From: a virus
Length of the DNA stretch: 64,000 bases
Reading direction: 5' to 3' (one strand)
Virus record (IMG/VR): IMGVR_UViG_3300006853_000001
Shown in pieces: positions 42,504-52,458 of this stretch. Position numbers and translations under genes: made by a program. Each line of letters opens with the position of its first letter. Position 1 is the first letter of the stretch. The notes under the pieces were generated by a model. The model saw only the letters and a list, made by a program, of their open reading frames with translations, ran no database searches and was not told where the DNA came from.

Positions 42504-43739
42504 CTAACCACCTAGTGCCTTAGTCGTTAGTGGGACCGGGATCGGTATGATGAACCGACCACCGTTCTTAATGAAGTTGACCTCTCGCTGGATCACCGTA
42601 CCTCGGTAATTCCACACGAACAGCAGGTACGTCACCGGATCCGGCCTGTCACCAAGTCCGACGATCGGGATCTTCATACCCGGCGACAGCCGACCGATCT
42701 TGTGAGGTGTGCTGTCGATGATGTGTGTCAACGTGTCCGGTCCGATGCCGCAGAAGTTCAACAGCGTCGCAGCCTTGGCCGGCATGCCGTAGCCGGCCAC
42801 CGAGCCGATCTTCCAGGCCTCCGCCAGCTCATCTTGTAGGCGTGTTCGTAGGTACTCGGCACGACCCTGCGTGCCGTGGTATGACTCGCTCTGACGCAGC
42901 CACCTCTCGGACAGCAAACGACGCGAGATGCCCGGGTCTTGTGCGGGATACGTGCCGTCTCCGCGAATCGCGAGTGTGACCTGCAGGCTGCCGCCCTGTG
43001 GTGAGACGCGCCGGGCGTCGATCACGTCCAGGCCAACCTGGTCACACACAAACTTCAACGCCGTCAGTGACAGGTAGTAGCGGTGCTCGTGGTACACGTG
43101 GTCGAGCTGGTTACCCAGCAGGAGGTCCGGCAGGTACTGGAACTCCAGCGACGCGACGCCGTCGCGCGCGAGTGCCGAACGCACCGCGGTCATAAATCCG
43201 ACCAGGTCCTCGACGTGCGCCACGACGTGATTCGCGATCAGCAACCCGACCGGTCCGTGGGTGTTACGTATCTCGGCCGCGACGTTGACGTCGAACGAGG
43301 TGAGCCAGACGGTTAGACCGCGTTCACGTGCCACCTCGACCGGACCTACCGCCGGGTCGACGCCGAGAGTCCGGCAACCCGCCTCCTGAAAGTGTCGCAG
43401 CAGGTCGCCGTCGTTGCACGCGACCTCGAGCGTCAGCCTCCGAGCCTGCTGCGGGAACAGCTTCAGTAGCTCCTGGGCACGCGTCTTGTGATGCGCGACC
43501 AGGGCCGGCGACGTACCCGAGTAGAACGAGTAGTCGTCTTCGAACACGTCCGCGGCCGCCGGTACGTATGTCTGCTGGACCAGCCAACACGTGGTACATA
43601 CGGCGACCTGGAGGGGGATGAAGTCCTCCTTGTCATCCACGGTCTGCGGAAGTTTATTCGCCAGCGGCGACTCCCCCAAGTCCAGAAACGTCTCGATGTC
43701 GCCGGCGCAGACGGCGCACTCGGTGAGTATCCTCGTCAC
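42504..43739 (-). CDS. SAM-dependent methyltransferase of the sugar C-methyltransferase type (N-terminal Zn ribbon plus MTase plus C-terminal domain)
   Basis: The N-terminus is CAVCAGDIETFLDLGESPLANKL. The Rossmann motif is LEVACNDGDLL. The length (411 aa) and layout resemble TylCIII-type NDP-hexose C-methyltransferases. Confidence 0.6.
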   Translation of the reverse strand: MTRILTECAVCAGDIETFLDLGESPLANKLPQTVDDKEDFIPLQVAVCTTCWLVQQTYVPAAADVFEDDYSFYSGTSPALVAHHKTRAQELLKLFPQQARRLTLEVACNDGDLLRHFQEAGCRTLGVDPAVGPVEVARERGLTVWLTSFDVNVAAEIRNTHGPVGLLIANHVVAHVEDLVGFMTAVRSALARDGVASLEFQYLPDLLLGNQLDHVYHEHRYYLSLTALKFVCDQVGLDVIDARRVSPQGGSLQVTLAIRGDGTYPAQDPGISRRLLSERWLRQSESYHGTQGRAEYLRTRLQDELAEAWKIGSVAGYGMPAKAATLLNFCGIGPDTLTHIIDSTPHKIGRLSPGMKIPIVGLGDRPDPVTYLLFVWNYRGTVIQREVNFIKNGGRFIIPIPVPLTTKALGG

Positions 43740-43796
43740 TTATCGCTCTCTCCTAGCGTGTGTTAGCTATCAATGAAGTCAAATCCGATGTCAGAT

Positions 43797-44495
43797 CTAC
43801 CACGGTCGACCTCCCCACTTCCGAGCGAACGTCTCCGCGTCGCGGCCGGCTTGCTCGGCCAGCGCCCCGACGGTCGTCGAGTTAGCGCACGTGTTGCCGC
43901 AGATCAGGCCGGGCAGCACCAGCACCCCGCCGTGTTGCTCACGCACTCGCCACTCCAGGTCGGTATCACCGTACCACCATCCGTAGTCCTCATCTGCGAA
44001 GATCCCGAGCTCACCTCGGATGATGAACGCCCATGGACACATGCGGGTCACGATGCTGCCCTCACCCCGCCGTGTTGCGATGTGCGGTGCGATGATGTGA
44101 CCGTGCGCGTCGCCAGACGCCGCGCCCGCGGAACCGGCGCGCATCGCACTCGCCACGGCGTCGAACCACCCCGCCGGTAGCGTGGCGTCATCGTTGAACA
44201 GGCCGACATCCCACGCGCCGTAGGCGTGTTCGGTCGCCCAGCGGGTCGCGGCCCGGAGCCCAACGTTCCACATCGCGTAGAGGTTAGGCGGATCACTGTC
44301 GTACGGCTTTACCGCCACGGCAGACCAGCCGCCGGAGGCCTCTCTTACCTGGCCGGACATCACCGGCGGATCGGATAAGTTGTCCACAACGACAATCAGT
44401 TCGACCCGCTGGGTGCCGAGCTGTTGGGCGAGGTCGGCGAGGTGGTGCGGACGATCACGTGTGGTCACCACCGCGATCCGGGGAATCTCTGTCAC
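43797..44495 (-). CDS. GT-A (family 2-like) glycosyltransferase
   Basis: Contains IAVVTTRDRPHHL and ELIVVVDNLSD, followed by VGLFNDDA (DxD-like). Confidence 0.55.
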   Translation of the reverse strand: MTEIPRIAVVTTRDRPHHLADLAQQLGTQRVELIVVVDNLSDPPVMSGQVREASGGWSAVAVKPYDSDPPNLYAMWNVGLRAATRWATEHAYGAWDVGLFNDDATLPAGWFDAVASAMRAGSAGAASGDAHGHIIAPHIATRRGEGSIVTRMCPWAFIIRGELGIFADEDYGWWYGDTDLEWRVREQHGGVLVLPGLICGNTCANSTTVGALAEQAGRDAETFARKWGGRPW

Positions 44496-44529
44496 ATTCC
44501 CAGCATACCACGTGGTGAGGTTATCATCG

Positions 44530-45429
44530 CTAGAAGTACCCGCTCACAATGATGATAGGAGGTCCTCCGTCGCCACCCGTCTTCGCTCCACCCGACGGGT
44601 TGTTCGACGCACCGGAGCCTCCGCCACCCCACCGTCCGCCGGTGCCTCCGTTGTTACCCGTACCGGTGGTTCGGGCTCCCGCTCCCATGTATGAGTTGCC
44701 GCCGTGGCCACCGGCGCTGCCGGTTGCGCCGAGACGAATCGCCCCTCCCGAGCCACCGCCGTTTGCGACAACCTGACCACTAAGGATCATGCTGTCCTCG
44801 GCGCCTTGACCGATCAACGGCGTCGCGGACGCGCTGAGAATTCCACCGCCGGCACCACCTTCCGCGACGACGTGAACGCCGAAGCTGGAGTCGGGCGACT
44901 TGCTACCCGCGCCCGTACCGCCGGACGCCGCGGCTCCGAGAGTAACGGTCTCGGTATCGGTCAAGTCGGCGGCCAGTAGGATCGACCGAGCCCACCCACC
45001 TCCCTGTCCACCTGCTCCCGCGCTGGTCTGACCGGCTGCGGTGGCCGGTGCTCCGCCACCTGGCCCACCGGCGGCTTGCACCTCAACATCCACCCACAGC
45101 AGACCGTCGAGCTTGGTCCACGTGTCGGTGCCGGGAAACGTCTGCACAACCGGATCTCCGCCACGCACCAGCGTTCCGATGATGTAGTTGCCGGCCGGCG
45201 GTACGAATATCACCATAACACGCTGGCCAATGCGCACACGATTGATCAGAATGATGGTGCGCATGTCGGTCTCGTCGCCGTCATACCGGACCGTCGCGGT
45301 GCCGTCCCCGACCACCGCGATAACCTCACCCGGTCGCAGCCGCCAGGTCAGTCCGAGCGCGGGAGCACGTGCCGTTATCTCCTGGATTAACGTGCCGATC
45401 AGCTCGGGTGGCAGTATAGGTTGCGTCAT
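44530..45429 (-). CDS. glycine-rich minor tail / tail fibre protein
   Basis: Long GGxGG tracts are present (GGAGGGILS, NGGGSGG, GGTGGRWGGGGSG). The ATGA start overlaps the upstream tail gene. Confidence 0.7.
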   Translation of the reverse strand: MTQPILPPELIGTLIQEITARAPALGLTWRLRPGEVIAVVGDGTATVRYDGDETDMRTIILINRVRIGQRVMVIFVPPAGNYIIGTLVRGGDPVVQTFPGTDTWTKLDGLLWVDVEVQAAGGPGGGAPATAAGQTSAGAGGQGGGWARSILLAADLTDTETVTLGAAASGGTGAGSKSPDSSFGVHVVAEGGAGGGILSASATPLIGQGAEDSMILSGQVVANGGGSGGAIRLGATGSAGGHGGNSYMGAGARTTGTGNNGGTGGRWGGGGSGASNNPSGGAKTGGDGGPPIIIVSGYF

Positions 45430-46571
45430 ACATACGTCCTTCGAAGTGTATGACGCATCTCGCCGCCCTCACGAAGCTGCATCGCCCAGCCGATCTCCAG
45501 CCAGTTGATGTCCTGCCACCTAATCACGTCATATGAGTCGTGCCGTGGGTCCGGCGGTGTGACCACCTCGAGTCGCTCGACGATCGTCTGCCGCTGGCCG
45601 ATGTTGGCCGCCACGGCGCTCGCCTGCTCGACGGTCGTCACCTGCATCTCATAGACGGCCGGCACGACGAATCCTCGGTTGGTGATCGAGTGAGGAGCAG
45701 ATGCCGGGATATCATATGACCCCACGATCGGCGCGCTCGACTCGGATATCACATCATTCGACACGATGACGATCCGGTTTGGCGCCACCAGCAGGTCACT
45801 GGTGACCGCCGGCGAGTCGCGTACCACGACGAGGTTTTCGTCCCAGTTGAAGTTAAGTGGCACCGTTGCCGGGTCAAACACACGCACGAGGTGCATGAAA
45901 CCGTCGTGCCCGAACCACGGTGCGAGGTAGTCTCCGAACAGTGCGAGGTCATTGACCACCGTTCCCCGCTGGGTGCCTGCCGGCCACGCACCCTTCGAGA
46001 AGAACTGCGTGGGCTCGCTAACCACAGTTACGGGAAGCTCCCTAAGAAGTCTCCTGATCGCCGCGTCGGCACTTTCGATGTTAATGTCTTGCAAACGAAA
46101 CTCTTGCGTGCTAAACCCGACGTCGAGTTGCTGATCCACCAGGAACATCTCGTCAAGAAGTGCGCTGGACGACCACATAGCGTCAGCCGCCACTGACGTC
46201 GGATATCCGAGCTTAACCGCAAACGCGGTGCTATCTCCGAACATGTATCGACCCAGCGGATACTCGACGTCACCTATGATCATGACCGGTTCGATGCGGT
46301 CGCGCACCGGGTTAACGATCTCAGCCTCATCCGGTTCGAGGTTAATCGGCGACAGCGACCGCATGATCACACGTGTGGTGTCGTGCGTGAGGGTCGGCGG
46401 CGAGTCCAGCCGAGGATGCACCTCACCCAGCGGCTCATTCGTCACACCGTCCACCAAGTTGAACCGAAACCGTGCCTGTACCTGTCCGACATACGTCGGT
46501 AGGTTGAGTGATGGCGGGTCGGAATCTACGACTGTTAGTGCTTGTGCGCCCCAGTGCGACGGTTCAGTCAC
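45426..46571 (-). CDS. minor tail protein
   Basis: 381 aa ORF with GTG after GAGGAGG. It lies between the large tail protein and the fibre gene. Confidence 0.6.
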   Translation of the reverse strand: MTEPSHWGAQALTVVDSDPPSLNLPTYVGQVQARFRFNLVDGVTNEPLGEVHPRLDSPPTLTHDTTRVIMRSLSPINLEPDEAEIVNPVRDRIEPVMIIGDVEYPLGRYMFGDSTAFAVKLGYPTSVAADAMWSSSALLDEMFLVDQQLDVGFSTQEFRLQDINIESADAAIRRLLRELPVTVVSEPTQFFSKGAWPAGTQRGTVVNDLALFGDYLAPWFGHDGFMHLVRVFDPATVPLNFNWDENLVVVRDSPAVTSDLLVAPNRIVIVSNDVISESSAPIVGSYDIPASAPHSITNRGFVVPAVYEMQVTTVEQASAVAANIGQRQTIVERLEVVTPPDPRHDSYDVIRWQDINWLEIGWAMQLREGGEMRHTLRRTYV

Positions 46572-46591
46572 GTACTACCTCCTCACCGCGG

Positions 46592-49087
46592 CTACGGCAG
46601 CTCGACGATCTCGGGTGTCACGGTGACCTCGATGATGTCCACACGCGCCATATACAGCTGGCGATTTCGTCGAATCGAGCCACCCGGCACCAACACCGTC
46701 GCCAGCCAGCGGTCTCCCAACTCATTTCGAACACAGACGTACGGCGAGTCCTGCCACGCCATGTCGCGTAGTGATGTGAAACCGTCGCGCATCCGGCCGG
46801 TCGACACCGCCGAGTTCTGAACGAGCATCGTGCGTGAGAACCGTTCGCCGCCGCGCTCCGCCGTCCGAAACGCGACCGCGTAGTCCCGGCCGTACAACTC
46901 GTTGATCCGGACGCGGTCGGCCTCCGGGAACTGCACGTCCTCCGCCACCGCGCCGTTCCACACCTCGACGTACGCGAGGTTGGCGCTCCCGTCCTGTAGG
47001 TGGTTGGTGGTGAAGATCAGTACCGAGTTTCCCGAGTCGGCGACGCCGAGCACACCGGGAGTCGTCAGCGTCGATGACGCTGTCGCGGACCACGCACCGA
47101 AGAAGTCTAGCACGTTAGCCGTACGGATCCGATACCGGGACTCCAGCCCCACGCGAGCCTCGTAGTCCGAGTATCCGGTCACCGCCGTCGACGTCGCGCG
47201 AAGGACTGTGTTCCACTCGGTGTCGACGTCATCTTGTCGCTGAAGCTCGTAGTAACCGAAACCCGTCGCGGGCAGGCTGGTGACAGGTAGCCACGTCACC
47301 CTGTGGTAGTAAAGCCCTGTCGGAACGCACTCCGGCGGAAGTAAGCACTCCTGCCCGGTCGTCAGAGTCTGCGTCTGCACAGACACACCTAGGCCGGTCA
47401 CGGCCGGCGGGTCCTGTGAGAACAGCAACACGGCATCCGCCGAGTCGTCTTCGACGCCGAGGTAAGACACGTCGGTACCTCGGCCTCCGTACGTCGTCTG
47501 GTCGATGTTCAGCACACCGGTACCTGTGACGCTAGGCGCGTCGGCCACCAGTATCTGCCACTGACTACCAACCGCTGCGGCCGCCGCGCGCCACGTCCAC
47601 TCGGAGTTGCTTCCCGAGTTGTCGAACGTTGGCACGACCGAGAACCTCAGGTTAACCTCGCGCCAGCCGTTCATGATTTCGGCCAGTGCGTCGAAGTCAG
47701 CCTGCGTGATGTTGACCGTCTGCGTCGGGGTGGCCGTCCGAAACAGTTCAAGTGTCCCGGACGCCGTGCCGTATCGCCGTGCGTAGAACCGAACCTGCGG
47801 AAATGACACACCGGAGGCGCCGGCGTGCTGTAACACGTCTTGTGTGACATCATTTCCCGCGTACACGGGTGCCTTCACCTGCACGCCGTAGCCGTGGACC
47901 CCGGTCACCGCGGCGCTGCTGGTATGTAGCGACAGTTGCGGCAGCACATTCACGGTGTCGATGCTAGGCGTGTCATCGAGGACCAGCGACCGGGTGACCT
48001 GCACACCGGTGTGTGCGGGCATGCCGTACAGCTCGTGCAGGGCACGTATCACCGGCTTGGCCCCAACGTTCTGGATGCTGGGACCGGCGTCCGCGACGCC
48101 TACGGTCACCGTGTATTCACCTGCGGCGAGCGCCGTTCCGGTGGTCGCACCGGTTGCCGCCGTACGAAGATGAACGATGTTTTGTCCGGCCTTGAACGGA
48201 ACCTGAGTCGTCAGGTCTGAGAAGAGGCTACTCTTACGACCGGACCATCCACCGTAGGCGACACGTGTTTCCTCGCAGTACGTCACCTCGAGAGCTGAGT
48301 AGGTCATACTGATGTTGTCGTTAATTGTGGCGTTTGTACCGGTTGATTCCCACACCAGTTCGAGGCGAGTCGCCGCGGGTGCTCCCGACTGGATCCGCTG
48401 TAGGTCTTGAAGTCGCCACGGGTATCGGCGCTGGTCGTCGGGTGTGATACCCGTAAAGTGATTAACGTTGCCCATGCCTACACGAAGCATCCGGGTGGCG
48501 TTTCCGGTGCTGGCGTAGAGTTCCGGTGTTAACGAGTAGAAGGCACGTGAGCTGGGAGTTGCCACCAGCTCAAGAACCGAGTACAGCGTCCGAATCGCGG
48601 TGTTTGGTGGCGGACCACTCGCCATGTACACCAGGTCCACGTTGAGTATGCGCTTTCCCTGGAGTTCGGTCGCGAACGAGTCTACGTCAAAAAACATAGA
48701 AAATGCCGTCACTCCGGGTATGTCGTCAAATGCGACAGACTTACCGTCATCCGGCAACAGAAGTGCGTCTACGATGCTAACCGCACCATTGAGAAGAGGC
48801 GTACCGAACAAGGTTGTGGTCGCGTTGACCGGGATAGTCAACTTCTTAATCGGACCGGTGAGGGTCTCCTGCCCGCGCGGATACACACTCATCAGCGCGG
48901 TCATCATGTTGATGCCACTCTCAACGAAGTTGTCGAGGTAGTAGGCACCTGTGACAATCGTCGTCGACGTCGGAATCCGGAACGTGTGTCCGGTCTCGGT
49001 CTCGATGTCCATGCGGTAGGGCGCGTACCGGATCGGTACCCACTCCTGACCCAGGATGTACGGTGCGTGTGCGTTGTACTCACCCAT
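46592..49087 (-). CDS. large minor tail protein (distal tail/baseplate-type, FN3-like segment)
   Basis: 831 aa ORF immediately downstream of the tape measure gene. It contains YYELQRQDDVDTEWNTVLRATSTAVTGYSDYEARVGLESRYRIR, which looks FN3-like. Confidence 0.65.
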   Translation of the reverse strand: MGEYNAHAPYILGQEWVPIRYAPYRMDIETETGHTFRIPTSTTIVTGAYYLDNFVESGINMMTALMSVYPRGQETLTGPIKKLTIPVNATTTLFGTPLLNGAVSIVDALLLPDDGKSVAFDDIPGVTAFSMFFDVDSFATELQGKRILNVDLVYMASGPPPNTAIRTLYSVLELVATPSSRAFYSLTPELYASTGNATRMLRVGMGNVNHFTGITPDDQRRYPWRLQDLQRIQSGAPAATRLELVWESTGTNATINDNISMTYSALEVTYCEETRVAYGGWSGRKSSLFSDLTTQVPFKAGQNIVHLRTAATGATTGTALAAGEYTVTVGVADAGPSIQNVGAKPVIRALHELYGMPAHTGVQVTRSLVLDDTPSIDTVNVLPQLSLHTSSAAVTGVHGYGVQVKAPVYAGNDVTQDVLQHAGASGVSFPQVRFYARRYGTASGTLELFRTATPTQTVNITQADFDALAEIMNGWREVNLRFSVVPTFDNSGSNSEWTWRAAAAAVGSQWQILVADAPSVTGTGVLNIDQTTYGGRGTDVSYLGVEDDSADAVLLFSQDPPAVTGLGVSVQTQTLTTGQECLLPPECVPTGLYYHRVTWLPVTSLPATGFGYYELQRQDDVDTEWNTVLRATSTAVTGYSDYEARVGLESRYRIRTANVLDFFGAWSATASSTLTTPGVLGVADSGNSVLIFTTNHLQDGSANLAYVEVWNGAVAEDVQFPEADRVRINELYGRDYAVAFRTAERGGERFSRTMLVQNSAVSTGRMRDGFTSLRDMAWQDSPYVCVRNELGDRWLATVLVPGGSIRRNRQLYMARVDIIEVTVTPEIVELP

Positions 49088-49090
49088 GGC

Positions 49091-51637
49091 CTACGCCGTC
49101 CTCACCGCGGTCCGAACATCCCGCCTCGCCAACGTTCGGGCGATCGCCGTGCCAACCGTACCCCCAAGTCGTTCGGCGTTCGCGCGGTCCGGCGGGTCGC
49201 CGTGCATGTCGATCTGAACGGCGCCGCGACCGAAGTTGATGCTCCGATCCGTCGTACTTGCACTACCCGGCACGAGTCGACCACCCAGCGAGTCCACCAG
49301 TCGTCGGAGATCCGGTATCTCGGCGCGAACGCCGACACCGATACCCGCCGTGATCTGCCGACCGACCTCATCCGCGAAGACCTTCGACGGCGAGCCGATG
49401 CCTAACGCGTCCTTCATACCTTGGAGGATGTTGCTAGCTGCGCGGCGCGCCATGTCATACACCCACCCGATGCCCGCGCTAATGCCGTTCGCGACACCTC
49501 GCAGGATGTCCAGACCGATGTTATACGCGCCGCTAACGACCGACCTGAGGACGCCGAGCACCAGTCCCGGCAAGGCCGACACCGCCGTTTTAGCACGTCC
49601 TGGCAGCGCCTTTAGGTATGCCAGCGTCGTGTTAACCATACCTACGATCTGACCCAGCGCCGCGTTCTTAGCTGACGTGAACACGCCGCCGATGAAGCCG
49701 ATAATCGCCGCAATCGCGGCGCGTACGCGACCCGGCAGCGCCCGGAGGAACGCCAGGGTACCCTCGATCATACTGACCACGAGCCGGATAGCCGCGTCTT
49801 TGGTCTGTGTAAACACCTGTGACACAAACGTGATCATGGTCGAGATCGCGGTCTTAATCCTGCCGGGTAGCTCCAGTGCGAACTTAATGATCGACCCGAT
49901 CGCAAACCCGACGATGTACGTCGCCTGGTCGAACGTCCGGTTGAAGATGTCAGCCACGACACCCGGCAGCGCCTTGAGCGCCGCGAGCAGACGACCGGGC
50001 AGAGTCCTCACAGATTCAACCACCTGGCCGAAGAATGAGAACATGGCCGCCGCACCCGCTGCGATCTTACCGCCGATCGTGGCGAAGAAGTTACCGACCG
50101 AGGCGAAGAAGCCACCGGTGGCGCTTCCCGCGGTCTGGATCCAGCCCCACAACATCGCGAAGAAGCCACCGACCGCCTGCGCGGCAACTACGACCCCGCG
50201 ACCGATCAGCTCGAACATCTGGAACGTCTGCTCCTGCAGAACGATCAGCGCACCGAAGATGATCAGACCTGCCTGAAGGGACTGGATGAGAACCGGCAAG
50301 CTGTCTAGCAGTCGCTGGAGAGCCTCCTGCCCCTCCGCGCTGTTCAGGAACTCGGTCATCTTGTCGACCATCTGGGTAAGTGACCGGATCAGGTTCTGGC
50401 CCTCGTCGCCGGCGTTGCCGAACAGCGCCACCAACAGCTTACCGACCGACGCCGTCAGCGCACCGAGGTCCTTCATGAGGGAGAACGCGGTCTCGAGGAA
50501 ATCCTCGAAGTCGCCCGTCTTGAGCGACCCACTTAAGAAACCAGACAGCGACTCCAGCCCACGACCCAGCGCCGCGAACGCACGCTCGATGAACGGCAAC
50601 CCGTGCTCAATCACCCCGAACAGCGTACCCAGGAACTTGGTCAGCTGCGGCGAGATGTTGGTGATGATGCGTGCCGTGGACTCGAAGACATCCCCGAGCG
50701 CCTCCACGATGTCGTTCGAACCGAGCAGCTCGCCGATCTGCTTGAACATGCCGGCGAACGCCGCCGCGACCGCGGACATCCCGGTTCGCAGCGTCGGCAG
50801 CGTCGCGTTGGCGAGCGCCGTGAGATCACCGCGTAGCGGTCCGAAGAACGACTCCTGGACGACCTTCCGAAGCTCGAGAAACGGCTTCCTGAGCTTGTCG
50901 ACCTCACGCGCGAACAGGCGCGCGCTGGGCGACAGGTTGCGCATCGCCTCCTCGATCTTCTTCAGGTCGCCGGTCGCCAGCGCGCTGATCGCGTCGTTGA
51001 CGCCGCCGAACGCCACCTTCAGCGTCGCGAACGCGGCGATCACTACCGAGATCGCCGCGGGCAGGGCCAACAGCAACGCGCTCAGGTCCAGCAACGCGCC
51101 ACCCAGAGCTATGATCGCCGGAACCGCGGCCACCAGCGCGGCCACCAGCGGGGACGGCAGCAACGCCGATATCCCCTTGAGCTGGGTACCGATCCGCGCC
51201 AGGTCGGCAAATAGTCCCGGTCCGTCCAGCGCCTCGCCTAGCTGCTTACCTAGTGACTCACCGGTGTCCTTACCCCGTCGCCGAACCTTCTCGAGCTCGC
51301 CGTCCACGCTACGCGACAGCCGACCCACCGCGGCGGCCGCGGCGTCCACACCCTCCTCGAAGCTGTCGCCGAGCGTCTTAGTGACCTTGGTGATCTCCGC
51401 GCGCTGCCGTGCCGACGCGTCGCGAACGCCGTCATCTAACTTATTCAGATGCTTTACGACGCTCTTCGTGGACTCGTTAAATGACCGGTCGATGTCCCGG
51501 CTCATGTCCTTGGACAGCTTCTCGATCCGACGCTCGATGTCGTCCGCGGCACGGTCGATGTCCCGGACCGCATCGCGCTCCCCGGAGGCGCGCAGCTCGA
51601 CGTATGTGACGTCGATCGGTCCGCCCGGCTGGGTCAC
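49091..51637 (-). CDS. tape measure protein
   Basis: 848 aa, Ala/Gly/Leu-rich, with transmembrane-like central segments. The motif (A/E/T)LPGR is repeated four times. It follows the G/GT chaperone pair. Confidence 0.85.
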   Translation of the reverse strand: MTQPGGPIDVTYVELRASGERDAVRDIDRAADDIERRIEKLSKDMSRDIDRSFNESTKSVVKHLNKLDDGVRDASARQRAEITKVTKTLGDSFEEGVDAAAAAVGRLSRSVDGELEKVRRRGKDTGESLGKQLGEALDGPGLFADLARIGTQLKGISALLPSPLVAALVAAVPAIIALGGALLDLSALLLALPAAISVVIAAFATLKVAFGGVNDAISALATGDLKKIEEAMRNLSPSARLFAREVDKLRKPFLELRKVVQESFFGPLRGDLTALANATLPTLRTGMSAVAAAFAGMFKQIGELLGSNDIVEALGDVFESTARIITNISPQLTKFLGTLFGVIEHGLPFIERAFAALGRGLESLSGFLSGSLKTGDFEDFLETAFSLMKDLGALTASVGKLLVALFGNAGDEGQNLIRSLTQMVDKMTEFLNSAEGQEALQRLLDSLPVLIQSLQAGLIIFGALIVLQEQTFQMFELIGRGVVVAAQAVGGFFAMLWGWIQTAGSATGGFFASVGNFFATIGGKIAAGAAAMFSFFGQVVESVRTLPGRLLAALKALPGVVADIFNRTFDQATYIVGFAIGSIIKFALELPGRIKTAISTMITFVSQVFTQTKDAAIRLVVSMIEGTLAFLRALPGRVRAAIAAIIGFIGGVFTSAKNAALGQIVGMVNTTLAYLKALPGRAKTAVSALPGLVLGVLRSVVSGAYNIGLDILRGVANGISAGIGWVYDMARRAASNILQGMKDALGIGSPSKVFADEVGRQITAGIGVGVRAEIPDLRRLVDSLGGRLVPGSASTTDRSINFGRGAVQIDMHGDPPDRANAERLGGTVGTAIARTLARRDVRTAVRTA

Positions 51638-51653
51638 GTCGCTACCTCCTCGA

Positions 51654-52366
51654 CTACGCCCTACGCCGCAGGGTCAGTGCGGCGGCCGCCGAGCTGCGCG
51701 ACGCGTACTCGTCGCCGCGCCACCACGGAGGAGGCACGATGCCGGTGCGCTCGTCCACGACCGTCGGTCTGTCGACGCGCGGCGGACCGACCAGGGTCCG
51801 GTTAACGCGCACGCGGTCCTCCTCTTGCTCGAGCATGCCCAGCAGGTACACGTGTACCAGGTCCAGAAACTCGGGGACGCTCAGCTCGGCGAGGCGGACA
51901 CCACGCTCGACGCAGCGTCCGTGGAAGATGTGCCACCGGTCCCGCTGGGTGATCCAGTGGACGAGTCCGATGACGGCTGTGTAGGGCGGGCGCCGTAGGC
52001 CTCCAGTAGGTGCATGACGATCGGGATCAGCTGCCTCGTCGTGTCGACCTCGTTCGCAGCGATCCGAGCCTTGAACCTATCCGCCGACTCCGGCAGGAGC
52101 AGCTTGTCGAAGATGGCGTAGATGACGTCTAGTTTCTTCTCAATCCCCGAGTCGTCATCGTCGCTTGACGTCGACCGAGTGATGTCTCCGATCGTTCGAC
52201 CGAGTCGTGTCAGCTGCTGCATGAGCGGCAGGCCGAGCATCGGATGCGCCTCGTAGACCTCCGGTGCGATCCTGAACCTGATCCGCCGGACGGGGATCGT
52301 AAAGTCCTTGATCTCGATCGAGTCATCCGCGTCGGGTAGCTCTACCAGAGCGGTCGGGTACGTCAT
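51654..52366 (-). CDS. tail assembly chaperone, predicted -1 frameshift product (GT-like)
   Basis: The -1 frame relative to G is open across the 3' end of G and continues to 51654 (…PPYTAVIGLVHWITQRDRWHIF…MLEQEEDRV…). I could not identify the slip site by eye. Confidence 0.45.
51881..52366 (-). CDS. tail assembly chaperone (G-like)
   Basis: ATG 52366 follows GAGGAG. The product is acidic, has a Ser/Gly-rich C-terminus, and lies directly upstream of the tape measure gene. Confidence 0.6.
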   Translation of the reverse strand: MTYPTALVELPDADDSIEIKDFTIPVRRIRFRIAPEVYEAHPMLGLPLMQQLTRLGRTIGDITRSTSSDDDDSGIEKKLDVIYAIFDKLLLPESADRFKARIAANEVDTTRQLIPIVMHLLEAYGARPTQPSSDSSTGSPSGTGGTSSTDAASSVVSASPS

Positions 52367-52458
52367 AGTGCGTCTCCTCGCTGTGTGCGGCCCCTTCGAG
52401 GTTAACCGTAGCCGATGCACGGTAGGTCTCATCTCCGCGCGTCTTCGCGCACGAGCAC

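Noticed and set aside
50286-51998. 570 aa plus-strand ORF opposite the tape measure gene
   Set aside because: It is a shadow of the tape measure / chaperone genes. It has a Ser/Arg/Pro-rich composition and no start context.
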